Shown: one piece after another, positions 9,281 to 17,448 of the stretch
How the letters are laid out: each line of letters starts with the position of its first letter
How positions within the stretch are numbered: position 1 is the stretch's first letter
NCBI GenBank assembly: GCA_016181965.1
Contig: JACOYH010000008.1
Span: 1-46,169, forward strand
Direction: 5' to 3'
Source of the DNA: Candidatus Nealsonbacteria bacterium
Lineage (GTDB): Bacteria > Patescibacteriota > Minisyncoccia > Minisyncoccales > MHMH01
DNA: 46,169 nt
Program-made: the position numbers and the translations under genes
The notes under the pieces: generated by a model
What the model was told of the DNA's origin: nothing
Database searches by the model: none
The model's input: the letters and a program-made list of their open reading frames with translations, nothing else

Positions 9281-10716
9281 TGATGGAATGCGTTAACGAA
9301 TCTAATAATATTCTCGGTGGTCTTGGGATGCGTAGCCATTTTTTCTAAAACATCCAACGGGGTTGCGACAATGTGCGCGCCTGCTAAAAATGCGTCCACA
9401 ACATCTTTCATATTCTTGGAGCGAATGCCTCCCACAATTATCTCGGTATTCGTACTTTTTAGAAGTTGAGAACTGTTCTGAACCATCTTAAATGGGTCAA
9501 CTCCCATATCCTTAATGGCCGAAGAATTGATATAAAAATAACTCGCTCCGGCGTTGGCTGCTACGATTGCCTGGGCCTCATTCATACCGGAAGCGCACTC
9601 AACATTAATTTGATTTTCAGACAATTCCTTAATAATTCTTGCCTCTTCCCACCCCAACGGAATCCTTATGGTCAAATTGTTGTATCCAATCTGATTAATG
9701 ATATCTTTGGCCCGCTGAACAATATGTTCGGGGTCTTTTTCCGTCATCATAAGGCCTATGGGAATTTCCTGATGGTATTTTTTACACAAATCGGCCATTT
9801 CTTTTACAATATCAATATAGCCGTTGGCCATAATGTCCGGACTGGTAATAATGCCCGATAGAATATCTTTTTGAAGAGCTCTCTCCACTTCTTCGGGCGC
9901 ATTCGTTTCTAAAAATAGCTTAAGATTGTTGTTTTGCATAAGTTTTTTATTAATTATTTTGTGATTATTAAGTTGCGGCATTTTTGTAAACTCGCTCTCG
10001 ACCAAAAAAGCGTCATTGTCGTAGTCCCGGGTTGAAATTTCAATAACAACAGTATCTTCCAAACCTCCCGCCTGATGTATCAATCCCGGAGGAATATCTG
10101 CCGCCTGACCCGGATCGACGGCGAGATACTTGTCCTCCCCCTTGCCCGCCCTGAAACGCAATAAAAGTTTCCCGGAATGAACAAAATAGGTTTCTTTTTT
10201 TTGACAATGGAAATGAAAGCTGGAATTGTTGCCCTTTTTAAAGAATATCTTCTTGCCGGCATAAGCTCGGTTTACCATAGTCCAAAGAATGTCGGCCCAA
10301 TATTGGTCGCGGAAATTAAAGACCGTTGACTTCTTGAAAATTCCCTCTCTCAAATCATCGCTTGATGGAGGGCCGGAAAATAAGTAAAGGAAGGCATCTT
10401 CATTAGCTGTTATATCGATGTTTCCATTAATCTGATCGGCTGAAAATAGCAAGGTTTCTTGAGGCATCAACTCTTCTGATTTAAGAGAAACTTGGCCGCT
10501 CTCAATATAAACAGTCACTTCTCTGCCATGGAAATCTTGAGGATTAAGCAAGAAGACCGAACCCTTCTTAATATAAACCTGCGACAATCCGTACTGGTCG
10601 TTTTCGACGACCTTGCATAAATATCCCCACGGCGCTGCCGCTAATTGCGGAGTATAAACTTGCTGTTCTACTTCATTAATATCATAACCGTATTGATATA
10701 TTTTTGGTTTATTCAT
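9265..10716 (-). CDS. Bicupin domain fused to a transaldolase/fructose-6-P-aldolase-fold domain. The Schiff-base Lys position is Arg.
   Basis: Residues 1-250 hold two cupin barrels (SSFHFHCQKKETYFVHSGKL..IPPGLIHQ). Residues 265-483 match the TalC/FSA pattern LFLETN..GIITSPDI..NLTIRIPLG..VGGIRS. Codon 9664-9666 reads AGG (Arg) where the family has the catalytic Lys. Confidence 0.6.
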   Translation of the reverse strand: MNKPKIYQYGYDINEVEQQVYTPQLAAAPWGYLCKVVENDQYGLSQVYIKKGSVFLLNPQDFHGREVTVYIESGQVSLKSEELMPQETLLFSADQINGNIDITANEDAFLYLFSGPPSSDDLREGIFKKSTVFNFRDQYWADILWTMVNRAYAGKKIFFKKGNNSSFHFHCQKKETYFVHSGKLLLRFRAGKGEDKYLAVDPGQAADIPPGLIHQAGGLEDTVVIEISTRDYDNDAFLVESEFTKMPQLNNHKIINKKLMQNNNLKLFLETNAPEEVERALQKDILSGIITSPDIMANGYIDIVKEMADLCKKYHQEIPIGLMMTEKDPEHIVQRAKDIINQIGYNNLTIRIPLGWEEARIIKELSENQINVECASGMNEAQAIVAANAGASYFYINSSAIKDMGVDPFKMVQNSSQLLKSTNTEIIVGGIRSKNMKDVVDAFLAGAHIVATPLDVLEKMATHPKTTENIIRFVNAFHQWGKQ

Positions 10717-11665
10717 AAATTTTGATTAAATCCTGTTTATTAGCGGGGCTGGTACCGAGAATAGTGGTTGATAAAGCCGCCCAGGTATTGGCTATGCCAA
10801 TGCTGTCTGCTGGCTTTTGCCTATCGCCGAGACTGAAAGCCGCCAAGAAAGCATCTCCGGCCCCGCATGGGTCGACAACTTGCACCTGATGGGCCGGATG
10901 TATTATGAATTGGCCATTAAAGAAAACCGCTGACCCGCGCGCTCCCAATTTCACTACCACATTGGATAGTTCTAATCTTGCCTTGATTTCTTTTACGGAA
11001 AATTCCGGATTATCAGCATCAAATCCGGCGTAGACGGTTCTGGCCTCTGCCTCGTTTAAAAACAAGCAATCTGCTCCCTGATACAACCGGTGATTGCCGC
11101 CCTTGTGTGAGATTTGGGAATCAACATACATCGGTTTATTATATTTTTTGGATAAATCGATTAATTGCTGAATCAAGGCTTCGGTCATAAGGCCATGCCT
11201 TGCATCAAGAACCACAATAAGGTCTGCTTGATTCAAGATGGGCTCTATTTTAATGATTAAATTTTTCTCGATTTCCGGAGAAATATCTTGATTATTAACC
11301 CGATTGGCTTGAAATATTTTTTGGCCGTTAATCCAGAATCTCTTTTTCACAATTGTCGGACGTTGAGTATCAACGATGAAATACTTCTTTAGATTAGGAT
11401 GAACGAAGGAATCGTAGGATTGGGCCGCGGCATCATCTCCCACAATCGAGAAGAAAATAACCTGTCCCCCAAGTTCCAGAATGTTATTGGCTACTCCGCT
11501 CGCCCCGCCAAAACTTAGCGCAACTTGTCCCTCCTCAATTTCCGCGGCCCGAGAATCAGAGGATTGGCAAACCTCTTGCCCGGTGCTGTAAACATCCAAA
11601 ATAGTGTCGCCTATTAAAAGCACCTTCTTCTGTTCAAAATCTTTTATAATATCAAGTTCTCTCAT
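10709..11665 (-). CDS. PfkB-family sugar kinase, RfaE/HldE domain I-like (heptose-7-phosphate kinase candidate)
   Basis: KVLLIGDTILDVY.., GGASGVANN, and the C-terminal DPCGAGDAFLAAF anion-hole motif typical of ribokinase/PfkB. Confidence 0.8.
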   Translation of the reverse strand: MRELDIIKDFEQKKVLLIGDTILDVYSTGQEVCQSSDSRAAEIEEGQVALSFGGASGVANNILELGGQVIFFSIVGDDAAAQSYDSFVHPNLKKYFIVDTQRPTIVKKRFWINGQKIFQANRVNNQDISPEIEKNLIIKIEPILNQADLIVVLDARHGLMTEALIQQLIDLSKKYNKPMYVDSQISHKGGNHRLYQGADCLFLNEAEARTVYAGFDADNPEFSVKEIKARLELSNVVVKLGARGSAVFFNGQFIIHPAHQVQVVDPCGAGDAFLAAFSLGDRQKPADSIGIANTWAALSTTILGTSPANKQDLIKIYE

Positions 11666-11686
11666 ATGATTTCTGAAAAACTTGCC

Positions 11687-12751
11687 CTACTTTTTGCCTT
11701 GGGCCCTCCTGATAATCTCCGTAGTTGAAAATTCGGCCAAAATCGGGCAAACGCGGACTTCTACTTCTGCCGGCACTTTGTCTATTTCTCTAAGCCGTTC
11801 CGGCGTCAAATCAACTGCTTTGGCCAAAATATGGGGCTTTAATTCGTTAATAATGTTAATTGTTTCAACATCATCAAAAATAACCACCTGGTCCACATAA
11901 TCCAAGGACTCGAGAACCGACTGCCTCGTTCGTTCATCGTTAATCGGCCGATCGAGACCTTTTAATATTTTTACGGCTCTGTCGGAGTTGATGCCCACTA
12001 TCAGTTTGTCTCCCAGGGATTTGGCGAATTTCAGCAAACTGATGTGGCCGGGATGCAGTATATCAAAGACCCCATTCGTGAAAACAACTTTTTCTTCTGT
12101 TTTGGCCTGATTACCGGATAATCTTTCCAAAATATCAAGAGGAACCGTAACAATATGCGCGCCGGCCAAAAAAGCGTCGATCAGATCCTTCATATTCTTG
12201 GGGCGGACTCCGCCAACGATAATCTCGGTGTGCGTTCCTTCGAGCAATTTACGGCTTTTCCTGATGACCTCGAAAGAATCGCCGCCCATATCCTTGATAT
12301 GGCAAGAAAAGATGGAGAAATAGTGTGCTCCGGCGTTAGCGGCTAATATTGCCTGGGCCTCATTCATGCCGCAAGTACAATTTACCTTAATGCCGCTTTT
12401 TTCCAATTCTCTAATGACTCCCAACTCTTCCCAGCCAATGGGAATTTTCACATTGAGATTGCTGTAATCAATTTTAGAAGCAAATTCCCTGGCCTGGGCA
12501 ATCATTTTATCCGGCTCTGATTCTGTCACCATTATGCTGATGGGCACTTCTTGAGCGTATTTCTTGCATAAATCAGCCATCTTTTGAACATGGTTTATAT
12601 AATCGGCCCGGGGATCATTTCCCGCCCGTTCCTTGGCGATAATATCCGGGTTGGTAGTTAAACCGGATATAATTCTTTGCTGCAGGCACTTTTCAATCTG
12701 CCCTAAGTCCGCTGTATCTAAAAATAATTGGAGTTCTTTAAAATGGTTCAT
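11687..12751 (-). CDS. Transaldolase/FSA-fold domain fused to an RfaE/HldE domain II-like nucleotidyltransferase
   Basis: N-terminal LFLDTADL..GLTTNPDI..NLNVKIPIG, with Lys retained at codon 12446-12448. C-terminal VVFTNGVFDILHPGHISLLKFAKSLGDKLIVGINSD..RP is the cytidylyltransferase HxGH family, closest in pattern to heptose-1-P adenylyltransferase. Confidence 0.8.
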   Translation of the reverse strand: MNHFKELQLFLDTADLGQIEKCLQQRIISGLTTNPDIIAKERAGNDPRADYINHVQKMADLCKKYAQEVPISIMVTESEPDKMIAQAREFASKIDYSNLNVKIPIGWEELGVIRELEKSGIKVNCTCGMNEAQAILAANAGAHYFSIFSCHIKDMGGDSFEVIRKSRKLLEGTHTEIIVGGVRPKNMKDLIDAFLAGAHIVTVPLDILERLSGNQAKTEEKVVFTNGVFDILHPGHISLLKFAKSLGDKLIVGINSDRAVKILKGLDRPINDERTRQSVLESLDYVDQVVIFDDVETINIINELKPHILAKAVDLTPERLREIDKVPAEVEVRVCPILAEFSTTEIIRRAQGKK

Positions 12752-13890
12752 ATTTTATAGCCCTTAGGCAGTAAATTAATTTTTAATAATATTTTTTTGT
12801 ATGCCGGCGTAATTTCCCATCTCTTTTTGCTCGCTTCGAAATCGCACGCCTGCGTGATAAAAAAGCGGTTTTTACAATACAGGCAATCAACCGGATACTT
12901 GCCCCCTATCATATTTTTTCTGAAATTTACCATCAAGGAGCTATTGAAATCATAGCCCTGGAATATATTGCCTATCTCCGGCCTATCTTTTAGATGACAG
13001 CAGAAAGCCACATCGCCCCCCTGGCCCATAACAACGTAATGCCACAATTGCGGGCAGGCCTGTTTGGCGAAAAAATCGGAATCCGGGTCAAAAATAATCG
13101 GCATCCTGATTGAAAAAGGATAATCGTCTCTTTTCAACACCTCTTTTAGAAAATTCTGCACAGCCGGAGCATTGGCCCTAAGCGGCGTCCATTCCTTTGA
13201 GCCGTGCGGATTGCCGGATTCAAACTGGAGTCTTTCCGGTTTTACTTTTTCGGCAAATTCCAAAATCTTTTTAACTTCCGGCAGATTTTCTTCAAATAAG
13301 AGAAAACTGATGCGAAAAGGAATACCTGCGTCCCGGAGCAGATAAATACCTTCAATAATATTGTTATACTGTTCCCTGGTGGCGCCTCTTATTTTTCTAA
13401 ATGATTCGTAATCAACTCCGTCCAAGCTGATGTTTATTTTATCAAATTTCTTTAGGGCCTCAATTCTTTGTTTTATTAATGTCCCGTTTGTCGGCATCAC
13501 GAGCTTTAGGCCCCTGTTTTTGACGCTCTGAACGATCTCGGAAAATTGCGGATGCATAGTCGGTTCTCCGCCCGTCAGGCCAACAATGCGTATTTCCTTT
13601 TGATATTTATCTAAAATCCAATTAAACTGCTCCAGCGTCATATCTTTTGCATTATCAAAGGTTTTTTCGTCTCGCAGCAAAAAGGTGCAGGCCGGGCATC
13701 GAAAATTACACTTGAATGTAATGCCGATATTAAATTCATCTGGAACATAGGATATTCTTTCTTTTCTCCCGAGTGACATTTCCACTAAATATCGTTTCCA
13801 ATAAAATTTGGCGTTTTGAAAATTTCCGGCGGCATTCCTAATAAATCTCGTCAGCGGCTTATTAAAAATTGATTTTAGTTGGCTGACCAT
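12748..13890 (-). CDS. Radical SAM protein with a C-terminal SPASM/twitch-like Cys-rich domain
   Basis: CNFRCPACTF (CxxxCxxC), GGEPTMHP, and C-terminal cysteines CPQLW..AFCCHL..CLYCKN. Start placed at the ATG at 13890 (MVSQLKS), 4 nt after the stop of the small upstream ORF. The track start at 13965 is a TTG overlapping that ORF. Confidence 0.75.
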   Translation of the reverse strand: MVSQLKSIFNKPLTRFIRNAAGNFQNAKFYWKRYLVEMSLGRKERISYVPDEFNIGITFKCNFRCPACTFLLRDEKTFDNAKDMTLEQFNWILDKYQKEIRIVGLTGGEPTMHPQFSEIVQSVKNRGLKLVMPTNGTLIKQRIEALKKFDKINISLDGVDYESFRKIRGATREQYNNIIEGIYLLRDAGIPFRISFLLFEENLPEVKKILEFAEKVKPERLQFESGNPHGSKEWTPLRANAPAVQNFLKEVLKRDDYPFSIRMPIIFDPDSDFFAKQACPQLWHYVVMGQGGDVAFCCHLKDRPEIGNIFQGYDFNSSLMVNFRKNMIGGKYPVDCLYCKNRFFITQACDFEASKKRWEITPAYKKILLKINLLPKGYKI

Positions 13891-13894
13891 ACGC

Positions 13895-14068
13895 TTACCA
13901 TTGTTTAAGGGTATTTTTCGCCCTATCTTTAAATTTTTTATAGACCCCGTAAACCCCATCCTCAACCTCCGGTAGCATCCGTTTAATGGTACTTTCAGAA
14001 ATTTTCAGAAAGTCCCGGGCCTCGCTAGTGGTATATATTTGGTTTGGTTTTATTTCTTCTGGCGCCAT
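13895..14068 (-). CDS. Small (57 aa) helix-turn-helix-like protein, a possible local regulator
   Basis: Below the ORF-track size cut-off. Hand translation: MAPEEIKPNQIYTTSEARDFLKISESTIKRMLPEVEDGVYGVYKKFKDRAKNTLKQW. The segment TTSEARDFLKISESTIKRML resembles the excisionase/MerR-type HTH_17 pattern. Confidence 0.4.
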   Translation of the reverse strand: MAPEEIKPNQIYTTSEARDFLKISESTIKRMLPEVEDGVYGVYKKFKDRAKNTLKQW

Positions 14069-14074
14069 ATTTTA

Positions 14075-14103
14075 ATCATATGTTAGCCCAACAAGGGTGT
14101 CAA
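14075..14103 (-). promoter_or_regulatory. Sigma70-like promoter placed for a leaderless transcript of the small HTH ORF
   Basis: On the minus strand: TTGACA (14103-14098), a 17-nt spacer, then TATGAT (14080-14075). The ATG at 14068 lies only 6 nt after the -10 element. Confidence 0.4.
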
Positions 14104-14125
14104 TAGGTGTCAATAGGTGTCAAAA
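14096..14125. repeat. Three tandem 10-bp repeats, GGTGTCAATA GGTGTCAATA GGTGTCAAAA
   Basis: Read directly. The array abuts the stop codon of the epimerase gene (14126). Each unit carries TTGACA on the minus strand. Confidence 0.9.
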
Positions 14126-14914
14126 CTAAGGAAAGTGACGAGTTAAGTAATCCTCAATGCCCTGCTCTAAACTGTATTCGGCCTTAAATCCCCAGCTGAC
14201 ATCGGCCTTAGTATATTGCTGATAAGCTCCTTTATAGGGATTCTTTATGTAAATGGGTTTCAAATTAGTTCCCAGGGTTTTTCTAACAGCTGCCAACACG
14301 TCGTCATAAGTTCTTGGTTTGCCTGTCCCCACATCATAGATGCCGTTTTTCAATTTAATGGCTTGCATAAAGGCCCTGACCGCGTCTTTGACATAAATAT
14401 GGTCTCTTTTGGATTTTCTTTCAGAACCAAAGGCCTTGGGTCTCTGGCCTTTCTGGATTTGCAGAGCCCACTGCGCAATCACGCTGGCCATATTTCCTTT
14501 TTGAATTTCATTTGGCCCGAAAACATTAAACGGCCGCAAACCGACTATGGGCATTTTGTCAAAAAAATATTCGGCTATTTCGTCGCCTGTTATTTTGGAT
14601 ACGGCATAAGCGGTTTTTGTATATTTGCCGTACACGGCTGCGCTTGAAGCATAAATGAGTTTTGATTTTCCCTTTAAGGCAAATTCTATAATATTAAGGA
14701 AACAAAATAAATTGTTTTTCAGGGTCACTATCGGTTCGTCTCGGGTGGAACTAATGGCGGCCAAGTGGAAAATCACATCAAAATCATTCTTAATTTTAAT
14801 GGGTTTCCGCAGATCGCGATTATAAACAATCACCTTGTTTTTGCGATTTTTCTTTAATTCCTTTGCCAGATTTGACCCGATAAATCCCTTGGTTCCGGTT
14901 ATAAAATACTTCAT
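14126..14914 (-). CDS. hldD: ADP-L-glycero-D-manno-heptose 6-epimerase-like extended SDR (short form, 262 aa)
   Basis: GTKGFIGSNL Rossmann motif and YAVSK (YxxxK). LIYASSAAVYG, RPFNVFGPNEIQKGNMASVIAQ, RDHIYVKDAV and YQQYTKADVS parallel the HldD motifs [43 protein letters not shown] and YQAFTQADLT recalled from E. coli HldD. Confidence 0.65.
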   Translation of the reverse strand: MKYFITGTKGFIGSNLAKELKKNRKNKVIVYNRDLRKPIKIKNDFDVIFHLAAISSTRDEPIVTLKNNLFCFLNIIEFALKGKSKLIYASSAAVYGKYTKTAYAVSKITGDEIAEYFFDKMPIVGLRPFNVFGPNEIQKGNMASVIAQWALQIQKGQRPKAFGSERKSKRDHIYVKDAVRAFMQAIKLKNGIYDVGTGKPRTYDDVLAAVRKTLGTNLKPIYIKNPYKGAYQQYTKADVSWGFKAEYSLEQGIEDYLTRHFP

Positions 14915-14917
14915 AAG

Positions 14918-16276
14918 TTATATATAAATTTTTTTGTTTAATCGCTGTTTCCAGAAAGAATAAATTATTTCAAAAAAACCGTGGGGAGGTAAATTGACAA
15001 GAATCCTTGTTAGGGGCAATAAAAACGGGAAAGAAACCGTAATGGTAAACAACTTTTGCAGATTCTTGATTTTGTCTCGGTCGGGGATCTTCAGGGGACT
15101 TTCTCCAAAATAAGAGGTCTCCAAAATTCTGTTAAAATCTCCGTCATAGAGACCCATTTTGACAACCTCGTCTCCCAATTCGGTCCGAGGATATGGCTGG
15201 TAAATGGTTGGCCAAGCCATATCTGCCTTACAAACAATATTTAGCCCTAGGGTTTCAAAGTCGTCCTTAAGTGAGCCGTGAGGAATACCTAATATATTGT
15301 AAGTTCTTAAATACAAACCGGCTTTTTTGATATGTCTGGCGGCGCTGATGATTTGTTCTTTGGTGATATTCTTTTTAAGAATTTTATTGCGTAAATCATC
15401 ATTAGCCGTTTCAATCGCCATAGAAACTCCGGTGCAACCCGCTTCTCTCAATAGCCCGGCGAATCTTTCATTAATCGCATCGGCCCTCTCGTTGCAGTGA
15501 AATGGTGTGTTGACCAATTTTTTGTATTTTGAAGAAAACTCTTCCAGCCAATCCATGCGAAACCCGAGATTATCGTCTTGAAAGTAAAACATTTTTACTG
15601 GGTATTGATTTTTTACTTCCAGTATTTCTTCAATTAAATTATTAACGTTTCTGACGCGAAGGTAAACCCCTCCGTGCTGATTTTGATAAATTTCTTTTAA
15701 ATGATGGTTATAGCAAAAAGTGCAATTGTAGGGACAACCCCGAGAGCCGGTGACCCCCCTAATTGGATTATGATAGGACTTGGGATATTTATCGTAAACC
15801 AGTCCTCGGTCGGGGAAAACTATTGAATTAATATCGGCCAATGGCCTGACTGGATTCTTAAAAATCTTTCCGTTTTTTTTAATCCACAAGTTTGGAATAT
15901 CGGTAAAATCTTGTCTGTCTCGGCACCGGTCGGCCAAATCAACAATAGCTCCTTCGCCCTCGCCGACGCAGATGGCGTCAACGCCGTCTTCATTAATGAA
16001 CTCGCTGAAAAAAGTGGCGTGGGGACCGCCAAAAATAGAAATGAAATTGAATTTTTGCTTCAATTCCCGATTAAGATCGCGGAAATATACATGGGCTCCG
16101 GTAATGATACTGTAACCGACGATATCCGGCATAAAACTTTTCATCGTTCCCTCAATATCTTCCGTGTCGGCCTTAACAATATCGGTGTGGTGGCCTGCTT
16201 GCTTCAAAGCCGCCGACAGATACATAATTCCAAGCGGTTCAATAATGAAGTCCTTAGCAACGAATAAAATGCGCAT
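14918..16276 (-). CDS. B12-binding-domain radical SAM enzyme, paralog 2
   Basis: MRILFVAKDF..GYSIITGA..IFGGPHATF B12-domain layout. CxxxCxxC in RGCPYNCTFC. Confidence 0.85.
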   Translation of the reverse strand: MRILFVAKDFIIEPLGIMYLSAALKQAGHHTDIVKADTEDIEGTMKSFMPDIVGYSIITGAHVYFRDLNRELKQKFNFISIFGGPHATFFSEFINEDGVDAICVGEGEGAIVDLADRCRDRQDFTDIPNLWIKKNGKIFKNPVRPLADINSIVFPDRGLVYDKYPKSYHNPIRGVTGSRGCPYNCTFCYNHHLKEIYQNQHGGVYLRVRNVNNLIEEILEVKNQYPVKMFYFQDDNLGFRMDWLEEFSSKYKKLVNTPFHCNERADAINERFAGLLREAGCTGVSMAIETANDDLRNKILKKNITKEQIISAARHIKKAGLYLRTYNILGIPHGSLKDDFETLGLNIVCKADMAWPTIYQPYPRTELGDEVVKMGLYDGDFNRILETSYFGESPLKIPDRDKIKNLQKLFTITVSFPFLLPLTRILVNLPPHGFFEIIYSFWKQRLNKKIYI

Positions 16277-17445
16277 TAGGGTGATATCTGCTGATTATCG
16301 CTATTTTTATTAAGCAAAGAAACTGCGGCGCTGAATACATCTTCGGGATTGATTTGCTTAAGACATTGCAAATGTCCCCCTTCCTTGCAGAAAGAAGCGA
16401 ATGATGGACTAAATAAGCAGGGACAGCAATAGAGTTTTTTCTGAACTATCGCGCAACGCTCATGTATGGGGCTTTGTTCATAAATATCAACAGGACCGGG
16501 GATATCAACCGAGAGAATATTCAAGGCATCGGCAATATAAAGCGGCCCCGTATCACCGCTAATGAATAATTTCAATTCTTCCATTAAAGCGGGCAGTTCG
16601 CGCAAATTAAAATAGCCGGCAGTATCAATACTGTTATTTTGCATCATTTCTTGAATTTTTCCAATAACGACTCTGTCGCCAAGCGAGCCTATAAAAATTA
16701 TCTTGGCTTCCAATCTTTCAATTAATAAATCGGCGAGGGCGGCGAATTTTGCCGGCTCCCATTCTTTGAATTTAACGCCGGCGGCAACACAAACGCCAAT
16801 CAGTAAATCATTGGGGTTCAAATTTTTATCTTTAAGAAAATCAAACGCCTTTTTTCTCTCATCGGGCTGGATAAAAATTTCTTTTCTCTCCGAATAATTC
16901 TCAATTCCTATAAATTTCAATAAAGCCAAGTAATGTTTAATTCTTGATGTGTGGCTTTTATATTCCAGACGATAATTGTTAAAAATAGAAAGCAGGCCGA
17001 TTGTTTCGCCAAAGTATCTATGGGTAGTTATCGCTCGATTCTTAATTAAAGACCAAAGTCCCAACATATTGATGAAATAGTCGGGAAAAAGGCCGAATAC
17101 CCAATCGTAATGGTCGCGTCTTAATTTTTTAATGAGCCGCAATCCTCCTTTAATGCCGCTATAATCGTTAATCACTATAATTTCGTCAATTCTCGGATTA
17201 TTCTTCAAAACATCTTTGGCCTGAGCCAAAACCATAGCCGTCAAATAACAATTCGGAAAATTTTTTTTAATTTCGCGGAAAACCGGGGTCGTACAAACCA
17301 AATCCCCTATTTTTGCGGTTTGGATAACTAAAATTTTAGGCCTTTCATTTTGTTTTCTAAAAAAAATAAGGAAATAAAAGAGAGGCGCCAGGAGATAGGT
17401 AGCAATTAGCCAGAAAAAACTATTAAAATAAGCTTGAACTTTCAT
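16276..17445 (-). CDS. GT9-family glycosyltransferase (heptosyltransferase-like) with an N-terminal TM anchor
   Basis: KILVIQTAKIGDLVCTTPVFREIKKNFP (GT9 N-terminal signature), KEWEPAKFAALADLL, and GDTGPLYIADAL in place of the usual DSGPMHLAAA. Confidence 0.8.
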   Translation of the reverse strand: MKVQAYFNSFFWLIATYLLAPLFYFLIFFRKQNERPKILVIQTAKIGDLVCTTPVFREIKKNFPNCYLTAMVLAQAKDVLKNNPRIDEIIVINDYSGIKGGLRLIKKLRRDHYDWVFGLFPDYFINMLGLWSLIKNRAITTHRYFGETIGLLSIFNNYRLEYKSHTSRIKHYLALLKFIGIENYSERKEIFIQPDERKKAFDFLKDKNLNPNDLLIGVCVAAGVKFKEWEPAKFAALADLLIERLEAKIIFIGSLGDRVVIGKIQEMMQNNSIDTAGYFNLRELPALMEELKLFISGDTGPLYIADALNILSVDIPGPVDIYEQSPIHERCAIVQKKLYCCPCLFSPSFASFCKEGGHLQCLKQINPEDVFSAAVSLLNKNSDNQQISP

Positions 17446-17448
17446 AAA

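Noticed and set aside
8613-9296. 227-aa plus-strand ORF
   Set aside because: It is exactly antisense to the well-supported HAD hydrolase gene. Its Ser/Leu-rich, low-complexity translation has no motifs, as expected for a shadow ORF.
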